Assembly: GCA_973851085.1 (NCBI GenBank)
Contig: OZ316775.1
Location: 20,398,001-20,462,000 of the forward strand
Direction: 5' to 3'
Source: Ptychomitrium polyphyllum
Taxonomy: Eukaryota
DNA length: 64,000 nt
Positions 37,501-50,700 of the stretch are shown piece by piece. A program made the translations under genes and the position numbers. A model generated the notes under the pieces. That model saw nothing but the letters and a program-made list of their open reading frames with translations. It made no database searches and was not told the origin of the DNA. The stretch's first letter is position 1; every line of letters starts with the position of its first letter.

Positions 37501-39000
37501 TATTTCTTGAAGAAATTCTACTCCACTTCTAAAATATCTTAAGAATAGAAGACACTTTAGAAAATGCTTTATGAATCCTTATAATTCATAATTATTGATT
37601 TGTAACTACATAGATCTAATTAAATTGGACTTGCACAAAGGCCTCTTATTAATATTTTACTTTATAAATTCAAAAGCATTTTTCTAAACTTGCCCATTTA
37701 TAGTTGTATGTACAAGCAAAGTTACAAAATGATATATCAATTAATATTGTTTTTGGAATCACTCTAGATAATGAAAATTTGAAGGAAGATTACAAGAAAA
37801 ACTGCATTGACTTGCAACTTGGCTATTTCTTATGTTATTTTTAATTGGTATTGCTCAATATATTATTCCATTAAATCTACTTTATGACTTTTTGATTGCA
37901 AAATTAGCAAACACATTCATTAGTTTAGGGCCACAATAATTTAAGCTTTAATTTATAAGGTTTTATTTTTTATTTAAATAAAATACATCCAATGCTTCAA
38001 CTCTAAAACATCATATTTATTATAATATTTTAAAGTTTTTAGCAATTATATGGACCTTTTTAAATTACAAACAAATAAATAAGTATAAGCTTTTGAAGAA
38101 ATATTGGTATACAAAAAGCAAACAAGAGCCATATTACATGTATGATCTTATTTTTTACTTGGAATTCCATTTAATTTTTTTGCAACAACAAAAAGTATGT
38201 TTTATTATTTAACATTCAATGTTCTTTACTTAATGAGGTTATAAAATATGAGAAAATATCAAAGAGCTTCAAAATTTATAATAGACTTAATATAAGGATA
38301 TGAATAAATATTTATGTATATATTATGTATCATGAATTACTTTATTTTATTTTTTTTAAATGCTTTTATAATGTTGAATTTAGTTTAATTTTAAAGTTAT
38401 ATTTGTATGTGGCATTTTTATACTTGTTTTTTATGAATGAATCATCAATATACTCTTTAAAAAAAGTTTTAAAAATTAACCTTATTGGTATTTGTGGAAA
38501 TATCATTTATGACATTTTCATATGATATGTGATAATTTCACAAACATTATATAGTTATAAATGGATTATTGAAAGTTAAACCTCTTAATTTCAAAAAATC
38601 CTTGTTTTATACATATTATTCATAATAATTAGTATTAATGAAATATTAAAGTATTTTTAATTTCATCTCTTGCACCTTAATGCATGTGTTGAAATATTTT
38701 TTTCCAATCAAACAAATTAAAAATCATATCATTAAAATATATATTCCAATTATAAATTAAAATGGCATAAAAGAATGGAAGAATTGTGGAAAGGATTGAA
38801 ATTACAAATAATTTTATAGAATTAGAAAATTATCAATCTTAATTATATAAAACTTTTTTTGTTTGTAGCATGGAATATAGCATTACAATGTTGAAATTTG
38901 TACAATTGGAAACATGTTTTAAAATAATACATTTCAAAACTAGATTGTTTTTCTATGTATATAACAATGAAAGTAGATTAAAGTGATTGAAACTTAGTTA

Positions 39001-39391
39001 TGTCATAGACATAGATTAAAAGACTTTAGAAGAATCAAGGAGGTTTAAGAAGGTTCTTAAAAGATCTACACTTCTCCAAAAAATTGATGAAAAAATTCCC
39101 CTGGTTTTAAAATATCCTAATGAACTAAAAAAATTCCAAAGAAGCAACTTGAAGTTGCTTCAATGCAAAACGTCATATTGAAAGCCTCTTGAAAAATTTC
39201 CAAGGAATTCTAAATTTGTAGCATATAAATGAACTAAGGTTGAAGGAATCTTCAATCTTGACAACACATTCTATGTGATTTAGTTTAGATCTTTTGGCCT
39301 TATACTTTATTATAATTATTGGTTTTTAATACAAAATCTGGTTGTTCTATTTTTTCCTTAAAATCTTTAGCTTGTGTTACCATTTGTGACA
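39001..39391 (+). mobile_element. Old solo LTR related to the element A LTR
   Basis: TGTCATAGAC..TGTGACA termini. TATAAAT followed by the AAGGTTGAAG/CTTCAATCTT inverted repeat. Similar to 1836-2144. No clear TSD. Confidence 0.65.
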
Positions 39392-39640
39392 ATGAAGTGC
39401 AAGGTTTTTTTATGTCTATTTTATTTATTGCAATATCCACAAGATTCAAATTGGCATTCAAACGCAACTTTTGAAAGTGGTAGAAAATGGATAAGAGCAT
39501 GGTATGAATATAGTAGAGTATAACTATAACCTAATTTCAATTCCAAGAGCCAATATTTGAAATTATAACAAGCATCTTGAAACAATCAACATCCAATCAC
39601 TGATGGAAGTTTTTTTTATATTAATACATATGCTACTTGA

Positions 39641-40234
39641 TGTGACAGACAAAATTCTTGCAACACAGTCTTTAAGACCTTCTAAAATCTTATGATATAT
39701 CATTGTAGCTTCTTAAAATACTTTCAAATGTCTCCATAACCGTTTCTACGTTCTTAAGAAATTTCGTAGGAAAGTTCCACTACCTCAAGAAATTTCCTAT
39801 GAAGGTTCCATCACCTCAAGAAGGTTCCATCACCTGAAGAAGCTTCTTATGAAAGTTCCACCACCTCAGGAAACTTCCTAGGAAGATTCGACCACCTCAG
39901 GAAATTTCCAAAAAAAGTTCCAACTCTTTGGAAGCTTCTTAGGAAGGTTCCAACATCTTATGAAACTTCTTAGGAAAGTTCTATAGACTTCTAGAACATT
40001 CTTAAGCCTTGTAGGAAGCTTTTTTTAAAAAAACATCCTAAGAGATACAAACGTCATAGTATAAATAGGAGGCAAGACAAGGTATTCCTTAATTTTGCAA
40101 ACACAAGTTGTGAATCATATTGTACCATGTCTTGTTCTAGTCCTTGTATCAAGTTCTTATCAATCATTAGCTCTTTGGAAGCTAATTCTTAGGAAACACT
40201 TTGTTTCTACTTCTTGTTTCTTGTGTTTCTAATA
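39641..40234 (+). mobile_element. Solo LTR of the B/C family
   Basis: Aligns by eye with 2145-2697 (TATAAATAGGAGGCAAGACAAGGTATTCCTT; TTAGCTCTTTGGAAGCTAATTCTT; CTTGTTTCTTGTGTTTCTAATA). No internal sequence adjacent. Confidence 0.88.
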
Positions 40235-41776
40235 AAACTTATGAAGTAGTAAATTTTTGAAAAAAATGAAATCATAAGGTCAAAATTACAAAGGTAGATG
40301 GAATTATAAAAAAAAGTGCTTAAGATTATAGAATAAAGAAGTAAATCACTATCAATGATGCATTTGATTTAATAATACATACCCAGTACACAAAGATGCA
40401 AGTATCAATGAAGATGCATCTACGAAGGACTTAGATGATAATTATAATACAAAAGTATAATGCTCACAAGATGAAGGCCATACAACAAAGGAAAAAAATG
40501 AATTTGTTCAGGAAGTTGAAATAATATACAAATATGCAGTCAATGGTAGTAATTGAAAGGAAGCGGAGCAATATATGAATTTCATTGCTAATGATATTGC
40601 AAAATAGAAGTGAATAATAAATGGAGGAATATAATTCATTTGATGAGCAATCTAATTTATGAAGCAAATGGTAGTTATAATGCACATTGTTTCTATGAAT
40701 GTTAAGTTTAAGAAGAGCTATGTGGCTTTGCAAGTATGCATGACAATAAACAGTAGGATATTTTTGGAGGGAATTATTTTACAATTGTCATGTTTGTTTA
40801 AAATTGTATTGTAAGTAATAAAAGATTGCATATTTCCATGAATTTGCAAAATTGCAAAAAAATTCCATGCAATTGAAATTTTAAGAATATTTTGAAATAA
40901 AATTGTATTTGATATTGTTAAATTATTCAAATATGAAATTAAAGATATCACAAAAATAAAATCTTTCAAGCTTTCTTTAATCATGAAGGTATTTAGATAA
41001 TAATTTTTTTTTTGTAGTCTTTTGAATTTTAAAAGCTAATTTGAAGAATAAATTAATATTAATATACTTGAATGAGCATCAAAAGCTTAAATACATGAAT
41101 AATGAAATTTTACAAATTCTATACATATATACAGTGAGAATTTTAAGTTTTCATTGACACCTTTAATTTGACCTTTAGGATAAAATTAAGACCGTCTTCA
41201 AAAAAATATGTCACATGGAAATGTGACATTTTTACAAATATTGTATTATTCCTTTCTATTTTGGAAAATAAAAGACAATAGAAACACCAAATTATTAAGA
41301 ACCTTTTACTTTCTTAAAGATATGGAAATTCATTGAAATGAACATTTATCATTAATACAAACCATTTCTCTTCTTCCAAACCATTGCTAAGAACAAAAGT
41401 ACACCTAATATAACAACTCCTCCTAAAAAATATCTAATTTCATACAATCAAATCCCTCCTATTTAGAACACAATAAATATTCCTAATACTGCCGTCCATC
41501 CATCCATCTATCACCAAAAACCACTCTTTTTTTCAAAGGAAGATGAATGGCACGCCAAATTACATGAAATCTTCCCATTATCCATTCCCCAAGAAGCTCT
41601 CTACCTCAAAGGATGGTAATCCTTCAAGAATGGAGAAAAGTGAGATCCATCAACAATCTACAATTTCAACCATCTTCCTTCCAAAGTAGGAGGGGAACCA
41701 TTCTCACCATTCTTCAGGAAGCGTATTCTTACCAGTGAGTCCCAGAAATGCGCTTCAATGCAACTGGGACTCAGGT

Positions 41777-41906
41777 CACGTGAACGTGAACGTGAACGTG
41801 GACGTGGACGTGGACGTGCATGTGCATGTACATGGACATGGGTACATGGGCATGGGTACATGGGCATGTACATGGGTATGGGCACATGCAGGTGCACGTG
41901 CATGGG
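41777..41906. repeat. Compound 6-bp-period simple repeat (CGTGAA / CGTGGA / CATGGG)
   Basis: Directly visible array. Confidence 0.85.
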
Positions 41907-42456
41907 AGGAAACGCAGCGTTTGATTATTTTTGGAGACGCAGCGTTTTTTTGTTGTTAGGACGACGGAACGTATCCGCGATTGTTTATAACTTCTGAAGA
42001 GGGTTAAGCAATGTGTTCAATTTTGGACTGAGGCAAGGTTTCATTTTTTTAATGCCTTGAGAGCAGAGCTTCTGTTCCATGAGTATAGAGCATTCTTACA
42101 TCATGTGATGACTGATTGTCTGGACCTTCACATGGGAATTTATTTTTTAATCATTGTTAGAGGAGGAGCAATGTCCGCACAAGATTTTTGAGTTTTTTTT
42201 ATCTTCTATTTTTGTCTCCATCATGCCTTTGTGAGAAAGTAAATTGCAGAATTTGTGCGTAGCTTAAGCTGTTCTCTCCATGAGCTTTAGTAATGATCGT
42301 ACTAGAACGGCATGACCTCAAATACTGCTGGGCATTCTTTTCGTATGATCACATTGTTTTGACGTTGATTCCGTTAATTTTCAGTAAGAACAAATAATTT
42401 CATTGGAATGCCGCACTTAAATCCTTTTTTGTTGAATGTTTTCATCAGTTTTGCAG

Positions 42457-44775
42457 CGACGATTGTCAACAGGTACAGTCCTCGGATCGGCTGTTGCTGG
42501 GGAAGCGTATGTAGGCATCTCCAATGAGGCCACCATCAGGTTTGTTTTCTTAACTCTTGATTCTTCAGAAGATTGCGGGTGCAACGTTCTTGCTGCCTAC
42601 GCTGTTTGCAGATGAGTTGCACGAGTCGATTGTTATAACCGCTGTGATTTACGAGAACTATAATGTGTCCTCAAACCCTTGGTTTCTGCAGCAATTGGAT
42701 GTTTCGGGGAGCCAATTTGCTAGATTTATTGTTTGAATTTTTCTGAGCCGGAGGATGCTCATATGATAGCAATGTGAGCCGCAGCTTATGGATTATTCCA
42801 CAAGGAAATGCAACCGGTTCCTTATGTCTTGGAAGTCACCCTGTGGGGCTAAAAATTCGCAAACCCTGTGGCCTCGCAGCAGGATTTGATAAAAATGCTG
42901 AAGCAATCGAGGTATTATTGGGGTTAGAGTTTGGGTATGTTGAGGTGGGATCAGTGACTCCAATTCCTCAGGAGGACAACCCACGACCACGCGTATTCGA
43001 ATTCGGGATTAGGAGTATAGCATGTATGTCCCTATTTTGTTCTTGTTCCAAATGATGTCTTGCGCCAGCTTCTTAGGACAAGTAATGGCATTGGATATAT
43101 GTGTTCATATTTGTACTTTAACTCTATCTTGTTAGCCGTTGATTTGATATACGGTGAGTGCAAAGGTGACTGATTGACATTTTCTACCATTTTCGAAGAT
43201 TTATGACTTTAAAGAGCAAATATCGACGTCATTCTGGTGAGCAAACACTAATTGCTGAAATTGGCTATGTTGGCGCAGGGCAATCATCAAGCGATATGGA
43301 TTCAATAATGAAGGATTGTCGCGGTTGCGAAACGGCTTGTATTTCAACATGGGAAGAGAAGGCTTACAGAGACCACTAAGGGCAACCCCTTAGGTTCTGA
43401 TAGCCGACTTGCAGCAGGCAATGCTGGTCCTGAGATATTAGGAGTAACCTTGCCCTTCAGGGGTATTTCCTGAAGTGTGTACTTTGGTACTACGCTTGAT
43501 GGGCAGCTTCATGTTTCCAGAAAGAATTAAGGGGTGGCATTTGGTGAATATTGATTGTAAGTTATAACGTATCCTCTCCTAGTATCCCAGGTATGCGTAA
43601 ACTTCAGGATCGAAATCAACTTCAGGATCAAATTAAAAATGGTACTGATATGTGAGTCTCGTCAGTATGATTACATCTGTTCTTGCACAATCCAGGTGGC
43701 TCTCTTGAGACAGCATAGTTGATATTGTGCTGTGCTGCTATTGCAGGTTCTAGCAGCTTGAAATAAAATGCAATGGGTAGAAGCAGGTCCACCTCTGGTG
43801 CTGGTGAAAATTGTCCCTGATTTGTCAAAGCGGGACTTGGCCGGTAAAGATATCTTCCATTCTGCCAGAAAATGCATTCTGGTTTATTGCACAGCTGCAC
43901 TGTTTGCTTCTCGATTCCTTTATCAGTAGTTTGTGGATGGTCTTACAGGTTTCTAGTTTACATCATATTACAGTTTATATCTGATTATCATCTATTCTCG
44001 TTGTCTCGTTGGGTGAACTTAGGTTGTACTTGCTGGACGGCTTGGTGAGTCACAAGTTTGACATATTTCTCAATCATAATTTTATACGGCTTTTCAAAGT
44101 TGAAAAATCATGTACAGCTCAAGACCTCTGCATGCAAAATTGAATAGACATATGTGACTTTGTCAATTCAAATGTTATACTTGGTGCAAAGGTCATCTAC
44201 ATGCAAAACCATTGGAAATCATATAGTTTAGTTGATCTGGGGTTGGTTTGTCACGGACAGTATACATTTGGATGTCTGTGTTTTACAGAGTTTAATCTTG
44301 CCCGATGCAGTTTATAGTAGACCTACCGTTTTGAGCTGTATAATTGGTTTTGCAGATAGTAGCTAACACAAAAATATCACAACCAGACCATGTTCTTGGC
44401 TTAGTTCAGGCAGCGGAACTGGAGGTCTCAGTGAAAACCTCATTTTGAATATAGCCACTGAGGTCCTTCGTAATATGTATGTACTCATCAAGGTAATGTT
44501 CTTACTCCTTTCCCTAGCTTTATTACCATCAACAAACTTTCGTTTTCAATTTAATGTCACCTAAAGTTAAATGTTGGGGCCTCACTTTGATGAATACCAC
44601 TGTGTCTGCACCTTTTAGATTCTGTGAGGTTTCTTCTGTTTACTCCTTGGGAACTTTTATTGGATTTTGCGTTTATTTTTGAATTTTGGTGCAATTTGAT
44701 CTTTCACAGCAGTGCTTTATTATTTTTTTTAAGGGATAAAATCCTCTAATGGGCTGATGGTGGTATGAGTAGTAG
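42457..44775 (+). pseudogene. PYRD: Unprocessed pseudogene of mitochondrial class 2 dihydroorotate dehydrogenase
   Basis: Exon remnants: [106 protein letters not shown]. Frameshifts and stops are present (e.g. TGA at ~43759). Confidence 0.88.
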
Positions 44776-47700
44776 TGAAGGATAACACTCAAATGTTTTC
44801 CACCTATTTATGTGGACCATAGCTTGTGAGCATGGCAGGAGGGTCCATTATTCTCAGAAAACAGAAGATTGAAGATCGTTTGTGAGCTCTCGTGTTGACT
44901 TTAAGAATGACAGGAGATTTGCACCTGGCTCTCTGCCAACTGCTTCCATATGCCAGGTCATTCAACGGCATTTGAGATATGTTTGATTATGTGGATGAGA
45001 TGTGGATACATTTTGGATTTCAGACTTCAACTGTCCAATACACCTGCACAGAGTATGGCTGAGGGAGTCATCCATCCAGTTATACATCTGGCTTGTTCCA
45101 GACCTGCCAGCTATGTCTCAAAATTGCAACGTAATGTGGGATAAGATACTGCTTTACTGTCATGAATCTGTCAGTGGTTTACAGTGTTCCATTGATAGAG
45201 AAGATTCAATGTGGAGAATGGAAACGAGTCAACTCCTAAAACTGTTTTTAAGATTTTTTTGGTCTTAAGTCTTAAATTAGAGGTCGTGGTCTAAGAATGC
45301 GTGCTGGAAAGGTGAGTTAGTGTAGGTGGCCTATAAACGGGGAGGCGGTCTGGCAATAGGGGGCTAGATTTACAAAATGGAGCCTAGTCTCATGCCTGCA
45401 AACAGCTTGTGCAGCTGCAGATATCTCTAGCTACAAATTAGTAAGACTGAAGTCTTCTGTTTTGATGACCAAAGCCTGCACATTCGTCTGTACTGCAACG
45501 CGGGAAGAGTACATGAAGAGAACTAATTTAAACATACACTAAATTAAAAAGGCTTGCAACTACCGCTATACTGTAGGCCACAGTATATGTCAAATCTGTG
45601 CTCAAACCTAGTTCTGATGCTGTAGCTGTTATTCTGCTGTGGATGAGTAAGAATGCATGGAGGGAAACAAAGGACTGCACAATACAGTACAGGATCATAA
45701 TGGACTCAAAGCTGAGGTTAGAGATGCTTTGTGCAAGGAAAGGTAAAATGGTCATCATCAAAATGCAGTTGTTGCAGACACAATCACATGGACAACATGT
45801 CAATACCAATGTCACTCTGCCAGAATTTAATATTCCACTGGCTCAAAAGCATGGAACTTAGTAATGAAACTCTGAAAGGTGCCACAGCTTGCTACTTTTA
45901 GTGCAATCTTCTTTAATTTCTCATTCGATATAAATAATTGAGCTGATTGAGTTCAAGCATCCATAGCAGTGATTCCACCTGAAAGGCGTGGAAGTTTTTG
46001 TGATTTTCCTATGTTCTTCGACTTGTTTTTAGGCACTTATGGATATCTTCCCTGAATTATTTTAAAAGGCCCAATCATATCCGCTTGCATGATTTAATCT
46101 GCCCAAATGTTTTGTGTACCTTCTTGCTTCTTTGGGCATTTTTATCATTATATAAGAGGTTTTGGGCAAAATTTGAAACAATAATGACTTACAAGTTGGG
46201 TGTATAAGGATTAATTTACTTATTACCAAGTTAAGGTTTCAAAAACTACTTAACGCTTAACTTGTATTTCATTTTTAATAGAGACACAAATTTTTCTTTC
46301 TTTCATCAAAGATTATAAACATACTTAATTAACTAGAATTTGAGATTTATATTACATTAAAAATTAAACACATCAAAAGTTGTAGGTAATTTGGAATTCT
46401 AGTAATCTAAAGGCCAAGAAAGAAACCACCATGACCATAGCTTCAAATTAAAGAAAAAAGCCTTTCAATCTTGGAAGCTAAAACTCTTGGACTTAAATAT
46501 GCATCACATTTTTTAATGGCTTAATAAAATACAATATGAGTTTAATTTCAAATTAGATAACATTACAAAATTATTTTAATTTATAATATAAAAGCCTTGT
46601 TATACTAGCCTTAACTTCTCTACCAACAAAAAGAGTTGAATATACATCTTTTGCCCTTGCAACAACCTTAATTTCAAACTCAAAGTTGACCTCAAGTAAA
46701 TTTTTTTGCTACTATAATTTGAAATCATTTAATTCAAATAGTACACATTTTTTTTCAGTATTAGTTTTTTAATTTAATAATTTACAAAGTGCTATAATTT
46801 TTATTTCATATAATGTGGATGAAAAAAAAAACATAATGTCAATTGTTTCTTGTCACTTATGTAATGACAAAATATTGTATTTGAAAAAATTTGTTTAAGA
46901 AACTCAGAGCATTAAATGCCTAATTTACATCTAAATACGGTGGACTAAAGTCCAAAAGAATGAAGAATCTGTGTTGGTAGGCAGCATTGATAATTTATGA
47001 TTTTCCACAATTCTACAATTCTAATATGGTGGTTAAATTAATAAATAAATTTTTGAAGATGCTAACGAAAATCAACTAAATCTTTAAGAAAATCCAAGAT
47101 ATACATCTATGTTTTACCTCCATTTTACTAAATTAATTTGAAAATAAATGAACTGGTACTCCAGGAATTGGATTTATATCAAGGAAAAACATGGATTATA
47201 ATCTTTGCAAATTTGCATGGTTAAAAAAAATATTTGAAAATATATATGATATTTATACAAGCCATGGTCCTCTTATTTCTTATAAACTAAAGAAGTTTAT
47301 AAATCTATAAGGCCGATAGCAAATTTTGACCTTGAAATTTTTAATTTGGAATTATTTTCTTGTATTATATTATCAAATTTTCCATTTATATTTTACTATG
47401 GGCCATAATCCTTAATTTGAATTCACGCCTAAATTTTTCATTGCAAGGTATATGAGATTTCAATTTATTTTCAAAAATACCACTTTTACAGTGGTTTCAT
47501 CATTTAAAATAATCAATTACATATTTTTGATTTTAGCCTAAAACTAAAATGTCAAAGGGTTCTAAATTCAAAATAAGAAAACATATAAATTTCAAATTTA
47601 AATTCTATATGACTCTTGGAAATTTTTATATCAATCTTAGCAAAAAGACAACGTGAATCATAATGATTATTAACTACATGACCATGAATGATTACAAGAT

Positions 47701-50700
47701 TCAAATGTTTGATCAAATATTCTTCTATATATAAAGTTGAACACTTGAAAAAATATATATATATATGTTTTAATAATATCTATCATGATATAAGGTCAAC
47801 CACATAAAAAACATTATGATATATATGGACTAGTATTTATAATGCTTGCACATGACTTGATTCAAATTTGAAATAATTTAAAAGCCCATTAAATTTAAGT
47901 TATAAGCAAAGTTTTTTATATGCATATTATAAATGTTGTATTATTATAGGACCTAAAGTTAAAATCTATAAGATCATAGCATTTTGAAATATTTGGTTAA
48001 AAAACTTTGCATGTATTGATGGAATTATTCTTTCAAAAGTTTGTATACAAGCTTTGTTGTTTTTGCATTAATAAAATTTTACACACAAATTTCATACATT
48101 TTGTGAATAATCTATATATTAATATTTTCATTATTCATAGATTGAATAAATCTACAAACCACCATAATATAATAAAATATGGGTTTCAAATGTTGTGTTA
48201 TTATGGATTGTGTTTTGAATTTTGGTAAAGATTTGACTCAAAATTTGGTTTTATAAAAATTTATTTTAAAATTCAGATTGTTGTAGTGGCTAGTTTAGAT
48301 TGTATTTAAAAATTGATTCTACTATGAATTTACCTTTACTTTTATTTTTTCTAGAAATACTTACTATAGGCTTAATATTTTTAATAAAAAACACTCTATA
48401 AAAGCTATTAAAAAAGAATGAAAGAAAAATTGTGTTCATATAATATTGTGTCACATTTCATTAATTAATCTAGCAATTTGTGAGTGTTACAATTATTATT
48501 TGTGATTATGTAATAAATGTATTACATTGCATTCTGATGCTCTTAAATTCTTATTAGCTAAGATTTTTTTAAATTTTGACATTTTGAAAAGGTATGTTGT
48601 AACATTCAATTTCAAAGCCTATTTTGGAGTATTAAAAATATTTTAAAAACTATAATTTAGAAAGAATTTGTCTTTGCTATCACTATTGTTTTGAAAAAAA
48701 TAATTAAACTTAAAATTTAGGTGTCCAGGTTTTTAAGTTAATTATCAAAAATTACTAATGATTTTAAATTGGCATACTTATTATAGGCTTTAAATATGAG
48801 ATTATCAACATCCAAATCTTTTGAACTTTTTGAGCAATTAAAGTTGAAACTTAATTTCAAAAAATTAATCTTAACTCTTAGACAATCATGATTTTAATAA
48901 ATATACACTTTGAGCTGATTGCTTCTTAAACGTTTATACAAAGTTATTGCAGAGAGTAAAATTGTTCAAATATTAGCCATTTAGTACAAGAATCAAAAAA
49001 CATATAAGTAAATGAAAAAAATAATTAATAATGGCAAAAGAAGTAATGAATTTTTTTCATCATCAAAATCTAGATTTTTGGACAATACTAAGTAAAAGCA
49101 TATTCATCATGCAAAAGAACTATAAAAACAACAAAAAGAAGATTGGCTAAATTCATTTATTAGATAAAGATACCTATTACCATGTTCTTCAAAGAAATTG
49201 GTAATATAAAAAATTGTCATACTGTTTTTCCATTTGATATTGCTTTGTATTATTTTGCAAAACATACACAATGAACATTAATATCATTCTATAATGGAAC
49301 ATAATTCTGCCATTGTTATATAAAGGAATAATGGTCGAATATAAGCATACTTGTTCAAAGGGTGGAATTATCAAACAGATCTTTTTATGTGCCAGTGAAA
49401 TCTTTCTAAAACAACCCATTATTGCTAAAAATTCTACTATATTAGTAATTGTGTAATTTTGCATTCATAAGTCAAGAACTTATCTTGAAACCATTGAAGT
49501 CCCTTGAAGCCATTGAAGTGCAAAGCCATTGAAGACAACTTCCAATTCTAGACCAATCATATCGCTTTGCTTCCTTCAACTTCTTATCCTTTGTAGTATA
49601 AACCTCCCTAAAGTCCCAGTGCAACTATGAGTACTGGAACTGTGCCTTCTGAACTTCACAAACCAACAAATAGGTAGAAGGCGAATTTGTCATTGAAATT
49701 TGAATTTTTCTTTTTATCACCAAAGTGTTTTACCTTTCCGAGCTAAAACTTGTTGCACTTATGAACTGAAAGTATATATTTAATGTGGTTAATCATTTTC
49801 AAACTGAAGTCGCCTTCACACTTCTGTGCAACAGTCTGTAGGCGGCAGTCCTAATCAGTTGTTGGTGAATTACTGCAAGTGGTTGGCCTTTCCACAATCA
49901 TCAACTATCAGCACTGCTTGAAATTACTCAACCTTTTTCTCAAAGGGGAAAGTGGAACCACAAATCAAAACTTGGACGCCCATACTTTATTTCTGAAAGT
50001 TACTACTGTCCTATATTGTCACCTTTTGGTGGTTCTACCTTATGCATATATACTTGGCATGTTTCAACAAAATGCACAACTCTCTTGGTGTATAGTGTAC
50101 ATGGGGGAGCCATTTCTTTGTTTGCAATGAAAGTTTCTTTTCAATGTTTTGAAAAGAGCACACTTGACCTTCAATGTAAGTTAAGTAGTCCAACATAAGT
50201 TAAGCAACCGTTGAACAATTGAAATTTCTATAAAAAGTGAAATATTATAGTTTTGAGATATGGAAGATAAGATAAAATAACATCTTCTTGTTGCAAAAAG
50301 GATCATATGTACTTGAGAAATAGGATATGAGTAACAGAGGAATAAACCAAAAAATATAAATATCTCTAAAACTAACAAATAATAGGCAATTCTTGAACCG
50401 TCTGCAAAACATCAAAGATTATAAATTTGTACGATTCTCATTAGTTGTTTTAGCCTTGTCAGTTTTGTGTTTAGTTTTGTGTTCAGCTAGTTACAGAAGT
50501 ACAAGCCTGTGCATTCAGGAGCCACTTACCTTACAATGATGAGACTGCATAATTTCATTGTTCAACAAAGAAGAAAAAGTATGAAAAGAATCCAACATAT
50601 GTGACCATGTCATGCAGCATGATTGTTTACATTCTGGATCTACTTTCAACTGTACACTTCCAAGTGACGCTGTTGCTGTCTCTAAAACAATCATCATCTA

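Noticed and set aside
37200..37560. Possible hAT transposase remnant (AVILDL, LWWAIY-like words, minus strand)
   Set aside because: Two short words in AT-rich DNA are compatible with chance.
47150..47180. TGTPGIG resembling the start of a P-loop
   Set aside because: It lacks the following K[ST] and has no surrounding ORF.
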